The notes below the pieces were generated by a model, which was given only the letters and a program-made list of their open reading frames with translations, was not told the origin of the DNA and ran no database searches. A program made the translations under genes and the position numbers. This document shows, piece by piece, positions 41,242 through 50,780 of a stretch of DNA of 64,000 bases (position 1 is the first letter of the stretch; each line of letters starts with the position of its first letter). This DNA comes from an uncultured Gemmataceae bacterium (GTDB lineage Bacteria > Planctomycetota > Planctomycetia > Gemmatales > Gemmataceae), in contig CAVVPN010000003.1 in NCBI GenBank assembly GCA_963750165.1, forward strand, positions 1,152,001 through 1,216,000, in the 5' to 3' direction.

Positions 41242-42588
41242 GTGCATCCGCTGCTGCAACTGGGCCTGGGCAACGCGCTCATGGTCGTGCCGCTGGCGCT
41301 GCTGGCGGCGGTCGTCGGCCGCCGCAGCCGCCGGCCGGCTCTGACCCACGCCCTGTGGCTGCTGGTCCTGCTCAAACTGGTGACGCCGCCCCTCATCCCG
41401 TTTCCCATTTCCTGGCCGACGGACTGGCCCGCCGACCTGGCCGCCGACCCGACCCCGGGAATGGACCGGCCCGTGCGCTCGGTGGCCGCCCCGGCAATCT
41501 CCTGGCCAGCGGCCCTTGGAGTGCTGTGGCTGACGGGGACCGCCCTGTATTTGGGGGTGGCGCTGGTGCGCGTGCTTCGGTTCCAGCGGCTGCTGCGGCA
41601 CACCCAGCCGGCCTCGGCGGAAGTCCAGGCGGAGGCCGCAGCGCTCGTGCGCCGACTGGGCTGCAAGGACGGCCCGCGGGTGCTGCTGCTGCCGGGGGCG
41701 CTGCCGCCGCTGCTGTGGTCGGTCGGGCGCTGCACCTGCCTGGTGATGCCGGCAAGCCTGCTGGAACGGCTGGACGGCGAGCAGCGCCGCGCATTGCTGG
41801 CGCACGAGCTGGCCCACTGGCGGCGACACGACCACTGGGTGCGCTATCTGGAGCTGGCGGCGCTGGCGCTGTACTGGTGGCTGCCGTTGGCGTGGTGGGC
41901 GCGGCGCGAACTGCGTGCGGCGGAGGAGGAGTGCTGTGACGCCTGGGTGGTCTGGCTGCTGCCGCAGGCGACGCGAGCGTACGCCACGGCGCTGGTCGAG
42001 ACGCTGGATTTTCTGGCCCAGGCGCCGCCCGCGCTGCCGGCGACCGCCAGCGGCCTGGGACAGTTCGCCCAGCTGCGGCGGCGGTTGACGTTGATCCTGC
42101 GCGGCGCGACGCCGCGTGCGCTGCCGCTGCCGGGCCTGCTGGCGGTCGGCGGCCTGGCTCTGGCTCTGTTGCCGGTGGCGCCCGGCCTCGCCCACCCGGC
42201 GCCGATTCCGGCTCCGTCCGCCACCGTCCGCGCGGGGCTGGAACGGCAGACGGCCGGGCGTGCCGCGGAGTCGGCCGAGTTGCCGCCAGTGCCCCACCTG
42301 GCGGGACAGGTCTTCGCGGCGGAGGACGGGGTCGCACCGGCGGCGCGGCAGAACGGCGACGGGTTCCGGGCCGGGCCGGAGCGGCCGGGTGTGTTCCCGC
42401 GCGGCCCGGGTCTGCGGCCAAACTTCGTGGGCGCGGGGTTCGGGCCGAAAGGGCCGCCGCCCTGGCGCGGCGGCCCGCCCCGGAAGGGGCCGGGGCCGCG
42501 CGGGGGCGGCCCGCCCGGGGGCAGGGGCTTCGGTCCACCACCCCAGGTGTTTAACGGTGGCCCGTTTCCACCCGGCCGTCCCGGCTGA
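41242..42588 (+). CDS. M56 (BlaR1/MecR1-like) metallopeptidase with low-complexity tail
   Basis: LWLLVLLKL.TPP, HELAH, WWLP and EECCD motifs. Confidence 0.9.
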   Translation: MHPLLQLGLGNALMVVPLALLAAVVGRRSRRPALTHALWLLVLLKLVTPPLIPFPISWPTDWPADLAADPTPGMDRPVRSVAAPAISWPAALGVLWLTGTALYLGVALVRVLRFQRLLRHTQPASAEVQAEAAALVRRLGCKDGPRVLLLPGALPPLLWSVGRCTCLVMPASLLERLDGEQRRALLAHELAHWRRHDHWVRYLELAALALYWWLPLAWWARRELRAAEEECCDAWVVWLLPQATRAYATALVETLDFLAQAPPALPATASGLGQFAQLRRRLTLILRGATPRALPLPGLLAVGGLALALLPVAPGLAHPAPIPAPSATVRAGLERQTAGRAAESAELPPVPHLAGQVFAAEDGVAPAARQNGDGFRAGPERPGVFPRGPGLRPNFVGAGFGPKGPPPWRGGPPRKGPGPRGGGPPGGRGFGPPPQVFNGGPFPPGRPG

Positions 42589-42617
42589 TGGAACCGCACT
42601 GGGCTGGCCCTACAATG

Positions 42618-42653
42618 ACGCCGCCGCGGCACTCCGCGGCGGCGTTTGTTTTT
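42618..42653 (+). terminator. Intrinsic terminator-like hairpin
   Basis: acgccgccgcgg-cact-ccgcggcggcgt followed by ttgttttt. Confidence 0.7.
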
Positions 42654-42675
42654 CCCATTCACGAAAGGCCCACCG

Positions 42676-43494
42676 ATGCGCGTGATGTTCACCGCGGCCG
42701 TGCTGGCCCTGCCGCTGGCCGCCTCGCTGGCTGCGGCCCATGACCTGTGGCTCATCCCGCCCGAGACCGCGACGGCCGGCGCGCCCGTCGTACTGCTGGC
42801 CAACGTCGGCATGGACTTCCCGCACAGCGAACACGCCCACGACACCGCCGGCTATCCGCGGCGCCTGCTGATCCTGCCCGACGGCGGCGCGGGCAAATTG
42901 GAGCCGGCCGGCAAGCAAGACAAGTCGGGCCTGCTGCGTTTTCAGGCAGCAAAACCGGGCGTGTACGTCGCCGCGGTGCAGACGCAACCGCGGCTCCTCA
43001 AGCTCAGCGCCGCCGACTTCAACGCCTATCTCGTGGCCGATGGTCTGCCGCACGTGTACCGTCAGCGCGTCAAGGACGGCACCCTCGACAAACCGGCCGT
43101 GGAGCGCTACTCCAAGTCGCCGAAGGTGCTGGTGCAGGTTGGCCAGGGTGGCGGCGGCGACCCGTGCCGCGTGCTCGGCTTGCCGCTGGAGATCGTGCCG
43201 TTGCGCAGCCCGTTCGCGCTGAAGCCGGGGGAAGCGTTGCCGGTGAGGGTGCTGTTCCAGGGCAAGCCGCTGTCCGAGGCGAACGTCGGCTGGCAGGGGC
43301 CGGGCGACGGCACGGCTCGCGGCTACGTTCGCACCGACACCCACGGCGCGGCGCTGGTGCCGGTGGCGCGCCCGGGGCTACTCACGCTGCGGCTGACGCA
43401 CATGACGCGGCCGAACACGCCGGACTACGAGTGGGAGTCGTTCTGGACGACGCTGACGTTCCGCGTGCCGGAAAAGGCGAAGGGGGCCGAGTGA
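42676..43494 (+). CDS. DUF4198-family exported protein
   Basis: AHDLWLIP after signal peptide; FNAYL..DG, ERYSKSPK, LEIVP and WESFWTTLTF motifs. Confidence 0.85.
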   Translation: MRVMFTAAVLALPLAASLAAAHDLWLIPPETATAGAPVVLLANVGMDFPHSEHAHDTAGYPRRLLILPDGGAGKLEPAGKQDKSGLLRFQAAKPGVYVAAVQTQPRLLKLSAADFNAYLVADGLPHVYRQRVKDGTLDKPAVERYSKSPKVLVQVGQGGGGDPCRVLGLPLEIVPLRSPFALKPGEALPVRVLFQGKPLSEANVGWQGPGDGTARGYVRTDTHGAALVPVARPGLLTLRLTHMTRPNTPDYEWESFWTTLTFRVPEKAKGAE

Positions 43495-43536
43495 TGGCGA
43501 GCGGGGGAGAGTGAGTCCCCGCGCGCCGCCCGGCGC

Positions 43537-45837
43537 TCAGGCCGCTTGCAGTGTCGGCGGCGGTGGCGCCTCGGCCGGCTCTTCATAAAGGATGCGGGCG
43601 ACGCGCTCGATCTCCTCGCGCAACTCGCGGAGCTGCTGCTCCTGACGGTCGCGCGCGGCCAGGGTGCTGTGCAACTGCTGCCGCAGTCCTGCCTGGTCGG
43701 TCTCCGCCTGGGCCTGCGCCTCCTCCCAGGCCGCCTGCCGCTGGGTCAGGTTCGCCTCGCGTTGCGTCAACGCCTCCAGCTGCTGCTGCAACGCGGCCTG
43801 TCGCGCTTCCAGTTGCGCGGCCTCCGCGACCAGTTGCTGACGCTTCACCTCCGTCTCACGCAGGGTGGCGGCGTGCTGCGTTCGCCAACGCAGCCGCAGC
43901 CGCTCGATGCGCCGCTCCGCCGCGGCAGCGTCGCTGGCCCGCAGAACCGTTTCTTGCTTGTACTGCTCCAGCACCAGCGTCTTTTCCGCGAGCGAGCGGC
44001 GATCATCCTCCAGAGCCACGCCGCGCTGCCACAACTCCTCGCGCAGCGTCACGCTCTCCTTGCGTGTTTTCTCACAGCGCGCCCGTTCGGCACGCAGCAG
44101 GTCCAGCTCCTGACGGTGGCGTTTGGTCCAGCGCTGCCGCAGTTCGACCAGCGCCACCAGGTGCCGCTCCGTCGTCTGTTCGCGGCCGCGCAGGTCCGTC
44201 AGCAACTGATCGCGTTCGCTGCGCCAGTTGATCTCCTCGGCCTGCAAGCGGGTCGCCCATGCCTCCAGTTGCAGCCGGCGCTGGGCGTTCTCCTCGCGGC
44301 GCTGGCGCAGGTCGGCCTCCGCAGCCTCGACGACCTGGCGCCGCTCCGTCAACTCCTGCTCTCGTTCGGGGAAGCCCGCGATGGCCGCTTCCAACTCCGC
44401 CGCCGCGGCCTGACGGTCGCGCTCCCACTGGCATTGTGTCTGCGCCAGCCGCTGCCACTGCTCCGCCAGCTGCGCCCGCTGGTCGGCCAGATCGCAGGCC
44501 AGCTTTTCCAGCGCCGCCAACCGCCGCTGGAGCGCCTCCTCCTGGGCGGCCATTCGGGAAGCACGCTCCGGTTGCGCCGGGGCTGGGGCGGCCGGCGGTT
44601 CCGCGGCGGGGGGCGGCGCCGCGGCGGCCGGGGCCGCGGTGGCGTTTCCCTCCACCGGCACAGCGAGGGGCGGGGTGGCTGGGACCGGCGCGGGCGGCAC
44701 CTCCTGCTGGCGGGCGCGCACCTCCTCGGTCAGCCGCTCCAGTTCCTCCTGCTGTTCCAGAACCTTGTGGCGCTGGTTCAGGATGCGATTTTCCAGGCCC
44801 TCCGCCTCGACCTTCAGGCCGCGCAACTTGCGCTCCCAGGCGTAGCGGTCGTCCTCCAGCAGCCGGGACGCCTCCTTCACCACCGCCGCGTGCACCTCCA
44901 GTTCCGTGCGCTGCCGCCGCGCTGCCGCCTGTTCCTGGGCCAGCCGCTCGCGCCACTGCTGCTGCTCGCGCTGGAGCTGCTGCCGTGCGTCTTCCAGCTG
45001 GCGCCGGCCCAGTTCGCTCTCGCCGTTGAAGCGCAACCGATCCTGCCGCAGCCGCTCGCGCTCGCGCTCCAGCTGCGACTGCCCCGCCGCCACCTCGCCC
45101 TCGCGCTGCTGCAATAGCTTGCGATCTGTCTGCAGCTGGCGGTCGGCCCGCTGCTGCAACCGGCGCCGCAGCACACGCAGCCGCTGCCGTTCCGCATCGA
45201 GCTGCTGACGGCCCTCAACCAGCTCACGCTGGGCGGCACTCAGGTCGTGCGTCGCCTTTTCGACGTGCTCCTGGTAAGCGGTGCGCTCCTGCCGCAGCGC
45301 GGCACGAGCACTCTGGGCGTGCTCGGTCAACTCCTGAAGCTTGCGGCGCTTCTCGTCGAGGTGGGCGGCCAGCTGGCTCTCCTGCTGCTCCAGTGTGCCG
45401 CGCTGCTGCACCAGGCGGACCTCTTCGTCCAGCAGCGCCGCCTGCTGCGCCGCCACCGCGGCGGCCTGGATGCGCAGTCCCGCCTTCTCCTCCGGATGGT
45501 TCTCGATGGCGCCGGGCGGCAGGTGCAGACAGAACTGAAACGAGCCGATGGTCAACTCGTCGCCGTCGTGCAGCGGCTGCACGGTGACCGGCACGCCGTT
45601 GAGCAGGGTGCCGCTGTCCAGGTCGCGCAGCACGAAGCCGCCAGCCGTGTGCGCGATCAGGCAGTGCAGCGGAGCGATGCCGGGCACGTTCAGGCGGATG
45701 TCGCACCCCGGGGCTTGGCCGATGAAGGTCAGCGGCAGCTGGAGCGGGCGGCGGGCGCCGGCCTGACGGCCGGACTGCACGACCAGTTCCCCCGCGGCGG
45801 GCGGTGCGGGTGCGGGCTGCTTGGCTCGAACGTCCAT
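43537..45837 (-). CDS. FHA-like domain plus long coiled-coil protein
   Basis: N-terminal FHA-like fold (CDIRL...HC...NG); about 600 aa of E/Q/R/L-rich heptads. Confidence 0.8.
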   Translation of the reverse strand: MDVRAKQPAPAPPAAGELVVQSGRQAGARRPLQLPLTFIGQAPGCDIRLNVPGIAPLHCLIAHTAGGFVLRDLDSGTLLNGVPVTVQPLHDGDELTIGSFQFCLHLPPGAIENHPEEKAGLRIQAAAVAAQQAALLDEEVRLVQQRGTLEQQESQLAAHLDEKRRKLQELTEHAQSARAALRQERTAYQEHVEKATHDLSAAQRELVEGRQQLDAERQRLRVLRRRLQQRADRQLQTDRKLLQQREGEVAAGQSQLERERERLRQDRLRFNGESELGRRQLEDARQQLQREQQQWRERLAQEQAAARRQRTELEVHAAVVKEASRLLEDDRYAWERKLRGLKVEAEGLENRILNQRHKVLEQQEELERLTEEVRARQQEVPPAPVPATPPLAVPVEGNATAAPAAAAPPPAAEPPAAPAPAQPERASRMAAQEEALQRRLAALEKLACDLADQRAQLAEQWQRLAQTQCQWERDRQAAAAELEAAIAGFPEREQELTERRQVVEAAEADLRQRREENAQRRLQLEAWATRLQAEEINWRSERDQLLTDLRGREQTTERHLVALVELRQRWTKRHRQELDLLRAERARCEKTRKESVTLREELWQRGVALEDDRRSLAEKTLVLEQYKQETVLRASDAAAAERRIERLRLRWRTQHAATLRETEVKRQQLVAEAAQLEARQAALQQQLEALTQREANLTQRQAAWEEAQAQAETDQAGLRQQLHSTLAARDRQEQQLRELREEIERVARILYEEPAEAPPPPTLQAA

Positions 45838-45978
45838 GTAGGTTCCTCAGTGGGGCTGGCGGGACTTCTTCCCTGGTTATCGGCTATCAGTCGCGGCCAG
45901 TTGAGAAACAGGGGAACCTCCGCAAAACAAAAAGACCCGGCGCGCGGACGATGCCGCCAGCACCGGGCCTCATTGTCT

Positions 45979-46037
45979 CGTGGGGCAGGCTTTCCAGCCT
46001 GCCGTGCAGCATGGCAGGCTGGAAAGCCTGCCCCACG
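45979..46037. repeat. REPIN-like doublet (GTGGGGCAGGC type)
   Basis: Perfect 25-bp arms cgtggggcaggctttccagcctgcc / ggcaggctggaaagcctgccccacg. Confidence 0.9.
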
Positions 46038-46044
46038 TCCGGAA

Positions 46045-46383
46045 TCAACCGTTCAGCACACTGTTGATGGACGTGGTCAGTTCGCGCTCGGAGGTCAGGC
46101 CAACGTGCGTCTTCTCCGGCCGGTCACCGCCCTTGAAGATGAGCACGCGCGGAATGTTGACGACGCCATACTTGGTCGCCACGTCGGGGCTGTCGTCCAC
46201 GTTGAGCTTGCCGACCTTGACCTTGCCGGCGAACTGCTCGGCCAGCTTATCGATGGTCGGTCCCAGGGCGCGGCAGGGACCGCACCAGGGCGCCCAGAAG
46301 TCCACGACCACCGGCACGTCACTCTTCTCAACTTCCTGTGCCCAGTTGGCGTCCGTGAACTCAAGTACATGCTGACCCGCCAT
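46045..46383 (-). CDS. trxA: Thioredoxin
   Basis: VDFWAPWCGPC active site; AAAGGA RBS. Confidence 0.95.
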   Translation of the reverse strand: MAGQHVLEFTDANWAQEVEKSDVPVVVDFWAPWCGPCRALGPTIDKLAEQFAGKVKVGKLNVDDSPDVATKYGVVNIPRVLIFKGGDRPEKTHVGLTSERELTTSINSVLNG

Positions 46384-46531
46384 GATGGTTCCTTTCGTCA
46401 AATGAGAGTCCGTTGGCCGCGTGGCCGTTGGCTCCATTATAGGTGCGGCCCCGCCGCCGAACAATGCGGGCGGCGGCTGGCCTACCCATTAGATGTCGGA
46501 CTCCTGCCTGGGGATTCACCGCCGAAACGCA

Positions 46532-47230
46532 TCACTCTTGCGGGAGCAACGCCGGACCCTGTCCCTGCGTCGGCGGCACGGGCAGCGGCAGCGGTTGCGG
46601 CGGAGCCAGCGGCGGCGGTGGCGTCACCACCGGGGGCTCAGGCGTCTGCTGCTGAGGCTGGGTCGGGCCTTTCGGCAGCGGCCGATAGTCCTTCACCTCC
46701 GGCGCCGTGCCGTTCTTCCTGTCGTTCCACCACGGCTGCTGCGGGTCGGCCAGCGGCGGCTCGGTGGTCTTGACCGTCGGCTGCTGCGGCCCGTCCACCA
46801 TCTTGTCCTTGTCGTAGCCCGCCATGTGATACCACATCAGCGTTGTACGCGCTTGCAGCCGGACGCGGATGGCGCTGTCGTTGGAGGCCGCCCGCTCCAG
46901 GGCCAGGCCGGCCGCGTTCGACACCGGCCGCAGCCGGCCCAGCGCATGCACCGCGTCCAGTCGCACGCCCACCTTCGGCTCCCGCTCCAGCACCTCGACC
47001 AGCGTCGGTACGACCTGGGGGAAGTCCTTCGTCTCGTAGTGCGACAACTCCTCCACGGCGGCGCTGCGCTTGCGCTCGTCGATGTCGCTCTTGATGGTAT
47101 TGATAAGCTCGGGGACGCGCTGGGTGGGCGTCGCCCGGGGGGCGGTTTTCCTGCCGAACAGCTGCGCGGACGCCGGGGCGGTGGAACCGAGCGCCAGCGC
47201 GACGACCAGAAGGACACGGCTCCAGTTCAT
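46532..47230 (-). CDS. Exported HEAT-repeat protein with Pro-rich tail
   Basis: Signal peptide; 2-3 HEAT-like repeats. Confidence 0.7.
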   Translation of the reverse strand: MNWSRVLLVVALALGSTAPASAQLFGRKTAPRATPTQRVPELINTIKSDIDERKRSAAVEELSHYETKDFPQVVPTLVEVLEREPKVGVRLDAVHALGRLRPVSNAAGLALERAASNDSAIRVRLQARTTLMWYHMAGYDKDKMVDGPQQPTVKTTEPPLADPQQPWWNDRKNGTAPEVKDYRPLPKGPTQPQQQTPEPPVVTPPPPLAPPQPLPLPVPPTQGQGPALLPQE

Positions 47231-47450
47231 GGTGTGACTCCGCTCAACCGGGATTACGGGCTGCCGCCGCGCCCGTTCGCGCAGGGGCGACTTCACTCCC
47301 TCTCATCGGCGTCCGCGTCTGCGTTTCCTGCGACTTCTCCGGGCCGGCTGGCCGCTTCCGCCACGGCAAGGCCGGCAAACCCGGCGCCGCCGGTGCGACC
47401 GGCGCCGGCGCGATAAAATAGGGGGGATCGAGGGGGGGAGGTGCGAAGTC

Positions 47451-48275
47451 GTGGTTCACTGGATTTACTGGCTGCTGCTGCTGACGGGGCTCTACCCGCT
47501 CAGCCGGGCCTGGCTCGGCAACCGCCGCACCACTTTGCTGCACGCGATCCACTGGGGCCTGGCCGCCTGGCTGGCCTGGGTGGCGGTCGTGGCGCTGGGG
47601 CCAGCCGTACCGGTCCAGCCGTGGTCGGTGCCGCGCTACCTGGCGCTGTGCCTGACCGGCTGCGCCGGCGTCGCGGTGCTGGGAGCGCGGCGGCCGGTTG
47701 CGGGGGCGTGGAACTTCGTGGTCTGCGGCCTGCTGGCGACCATGCTGCTGCCGCTGATTGAGGGCGCCGTCATCGGGGCGGAGTCCATGACGGTGCTGCG
47801 AGTGCTGTTCCTGGCGCTGACGCTGGCGGTGGGGGTGCTGAACTACCTGCCGACGCGGTTGTGGGCCGCGGCGCTGCTGCTGGCGGCGGGCTGTGCCTGG
47901 GAGGTCGTGGTGCTGGCGGACCCGGGGGCGCTGCGTTGGCGGCGGCCGGATGGGTTCGAGCCCGGTTGGCTGTGCCTGGCGGCGGCGCCGTGGGCCGGCT
48001 ACCTCAACTGGCGGCGGGCGCCGCCGTGTTCGTCGTTCGACCGGCTGTGGTGGGAGTTCCGCAACCGCTATGGGTTGGTGTGGGGCCAGCGCGTCCGCGA
48101 GCAGTTCAACCGCGCCGCGGTCCACGCCGGCTGGCCGGTGCAGCTGCACTGGTACGGCCTGCTGCGCTTCGCCGCCGGCGAACCGCTGGACGAGGAGCAG
48201 CAACTGGAACTGTACCGCACACTGCAGGCGTTGCTGAAACGCTTCGGTTCGGACGGTGAGGACCGGCCGCCGTGA
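47451..48275 (+). CDS. Hypothetical integral membrane protein
   Basis: About 7 hydrophobic segments; FRNRYGLVWGQRVREQFN motif. Confidence 0.75.
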   Translation: MVHWIYWLLLLTGLYPLSRAWLGNRRTTLLHAIHWGLAAWLAWVAVVALGPAVPVQPWSVPRYLALCLTGCAGVAVLGARRPVAGAWNFVVCGLLATMLLPLIEGAVIGAESMTVLRVLFLALTLAVGVLNYLPTRLWAAALLLAAGCAWEVVVLADPGALRWRRPDGFEPGWLCLAAAPWAGYLNWRRAPPCSSFDRLWWEFRNRYGLVWGQRVREQFNRAAVHAGWPVQLHWYGLLRFAAGEPLDEEQQLELYRTLQALLKRFGSDGEDRPP

Positions 48276-48278
48276 GGC

Positions 48279-48641
48279 TCAGTAGCCGCCGCGAGAGGCG
48301 TTGTTGCTGCCGAAGCCGCTGCCGCCCCCCATGCCACCCATGCCGCCGCCCATGCCGCCCATGCCACCACCCATACCGCCCATGCCGCCACCACCGCCCA
48401 TGCCGCCACCACCGCCCATGCCGCCCATGCCACCGCCGCGTTTGCCGGAGCCGGTGCCATCGGGGTTGTTGGGGTCCGTTGGCGTGTAGGTGGGCGGCCG
48501 ACTATAGCGCGAGTCGTTGGCGGGGGGGAGGTTGAATTCCTCGGGCATCTGGGCGGGCTTGAGAACCGGCCCCGTGTCTCGGCAGCCCAGCGCCAGCAGC
48601 ACGGCGCTCAGCCAGCACGACAGTACCCAGCATGTGCGCAT
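48279..48641 (-). CDS. Small lipoprotein with (GGM)n tail
   Basis: ALGC lipobox; AAGGGAGG RBS; 9-bp codon repeats at 48325-48440. Confidence 0.7.
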   Translation of the reverse strand: MRTCWVLSCWLSAVLLALGCRDTGPVLKPAQMPEEFNLPPANDSRYSRPPTYTPTDPNNPDGTGSGKRGGGMGGMGGGGGMGGGGGMGGMGGGMGGMGGGMGGMGGGSGFGSNNASRGGY

Positions 48642-48813
48642 GGTTCCCTCCCTTGGCCACGAGCCGCAGCCCTCCCCCACGGCCGTCAGGGCGGAGTTAT
48701 AACGGGTCGCGGAGGCGAATCAAGGGGAATTGCAGATTGCACAGGACTGTTTCCTGGTTGGGATTGGAGAACCAGTGCGCGCGTCGAATATAATGCCCCC
48801 GGAGGTGACGCAG

Positions 48814-49050
48814 ATGCAACCGACCTTGCGACTGGAAACGACGGTCCTCCCGGGCCACCGGCTGGAGATCAGCAACCCGGCGCTGCCGGAAGGCGCCCGG
48901 GTCGAGGTCATCGTCGTCTTGCCGGAACAGCCGCAGCGCATGTCCATGTTGGAGTTGCTGCAATCGCTGCCGCCAGGCCCCCGGGCTTTTCCGACCTGGG
49001 AAGAGTACGAACGGCACCTGCAAGAGGAGAAAGATGCGTGGGAGCGCTGA
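48814..49050 (+). CDS. Probable antitoxin of a VapBC-type pair
   Basis: GGAGGT RBS, TATAAT upstream, LPEGARVEVIV motif; overlaps the PIN gene. Confidence 0.7.
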   Translation: MQPTLRLETTVLPGHRLEISNPALPEGARVEVIVVLPEQPQRMSMLELLQSLPPGPRAFPTWEEYERHLQEEKDAWER

Positions 49051-49481
49051 ACCTGCCTGCGTCCGGCCTGGTGTACCTTGATGCGAACTCGATCATCTAC
49101 ACCGTGGAGAAACACCCTGTTTTCGAGCCGCTGCTTCAACCGCTGTGGCAGGCGGCTCAGTCCAGGACCATTGACGTGGTTACCAGCGACCTGGCACTCA
49201 TGGAGGTTCTTGTTGGCCCTTTCAAAAGAGGTGACGTTGCTCTGGAGAAAGATTTTGAAAAGGCACTCCTGGGAACGGATGTGCGGCTGTTGCCCATTAC
49301 CCAACCCATCCTGCGGGAAGCCGCCCGTCTACGGGCCACGACCAAATTAAAAACCCCTGATGCACTGCACGCCGTCACGGCGCAGCAGGCGGGTTGCACC
49401 CTCTTCGTCACCAACGACGCCGGCTCCCGAGCCGTTCCGGGCTTGCCGTTGGTGATTTTGGCTGACTTGCTGGCTCCTTGA
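49038..49481 (+). CDS. PIN-domain (VapC-family) toxin
   Basis: YLDANSIIY, EVLV.P, LKTPDALH and FVTND motifs. Confidence 0.9.
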   Translation: MGALNLPASGLVYLDANSIIYTVEKHPVFEPLLQPLWQAAQSRTIDVVTSDLALMEVLVGPFKRGDVALEKDFEKALLGTDVRLLPITQPILREAARLRATTKLKTPDALHAVTAQQAGCTLFVTNDAGSRAVPGLPLVILADLLAP

Positions 49482-49500
49482 AACTCAACTCGGGCAGCGT

Positions 49501-49731
49501 TCAGGCCGAACACTGGCGCTGCCGTTTGGCCTCAGCCCGCAGCCGGGCGCCGCACTCCCGGCAGACGGTGACGCAGGTGGCGTCGAGCCGGAAGGCGGTG
49601 GCCGGGGGGATGCGGCAGACTTCCAGGCCGCGGCCGAAAGTGCTGGCGTGGTCCTCGTCTGCGATGCCACACACCCGACAGCGGTGGCCGTCCCGGGTGC
49701 GGATTGCTTCCTTCATCTGTTTGTCGTTCAT
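49501..49731 (-). CDS. Degenerate HNH-like zinc-finger protein
   Basis: RDGHRCRVCG...LEVCRI...CVTVCREC; catalytic His/Asn missing. Confidence 0.55.
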   Translation of the reverse strand: MNDKQMKEAIRTRDGHRCRVCGIADEDHASTFGRGLEVCRIPPATAFRLDATCVTVCRECGARLRAEAKRQRQCSA

Positions 49732-49930
49732 GGGCTCCCCCAAAAAGCGCAGGCGATACGGCCGGTAACCGGTAAACACCACTGCCGGCCCGCGGTTCCG
49801 GTCACGACCCAGTCATTGCGACTGGCGCCGCCCCGGGATAGAATTCCTCACATACATACCTGAGCCGACGCCTGCCGGTGTCAGCCCGGCGAGCGGCGCG
49901 GCGTCAAGGGAGGAATGTCGAGGATGCGCT

Positions 49931-50403
49931 TTGCGCTGGGGCTGGCTGTTCTACCGGCGGGTGAAGACGGGCAAGGCCTTCTACCGGCCCATGAATCACG
50001 TCGTGCATGCGCATCTTCAGAGCATCCTGCCGGAGACCGCGAGCCCGGACGCGCCTGTTTTTCTGGGAGGGGGAGCGCGCCGAACGCGCGCTTCCAGGAG
50101 CTGTGCGCCCTCGCCGGCATCAGGCCGAGGACGAACGTCGAGACCGGCGTGGAGGAACCCTGGGAACTGAAGGATCTGCGGAAGACGTGCGCGACGTACT
50201 ACGACGAGCACCTGCCCGAGTCGTCCGTGGAGATCCTGGGCCACTCGGTCGGGGGCATTACCTACCGCCACTACGCGCACCGCGCCCCGCTGGCGTTCAC
50301 GGCGATCATGACGATCCCGCAGCCGACCGCGTTCTCGGCCCTGCTCCACGGGCACGACGGTGAGTGCCCCTGCTGCCGGCGGCGGTTCGCCGACGCTGGT
50401 TGA
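49931..50403 (+). pseudogene. Tyrosine recombinase C-terminal remnant
   Basis: KTGK, KDLRKTCAT, ILGHS and RHY motifs; N-terminal half absent; frameshift near 50080. Confidence 0.75.
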
Positions 50404-50780
50404 CGAGGCCGATGGGACCTGGGCGCCGAACACCTCACACAAACTCAACTCGGAGTCTCGGACCCTGAGCGCCCAAGGCTCAGGGGTAGTGCCTCTCGAA
50501 AACCTCACGGCCAGCTGGTTTCAAACGATCCATTTCCCGCGCCGTAGACCAGATCGCTGAAGCGCTGCCATCGACCGCGCTTCAGTTTGCTCATGGGTGG
50601 TAACACCAGCACGTGCGCTGGGCAGTGTTGAACCAGTTCCTGAGCACATCGACGCCCGGATCGGCCGCCAGACGCCCGGCTTTTCTGAACTTTTCCGTGG
50701 CGGTGAGTAAAAAAACGGGACGCGCGACGGAACTTCTCGCAGTAATTTAAAGAAGATAACTCCACGGGGGAATCGGTCCA

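Noticed and set aside
49931..50403. Active integrase or prophage
   Set aside because: Only the C-terminal part is present; no att sites or phage genes seen
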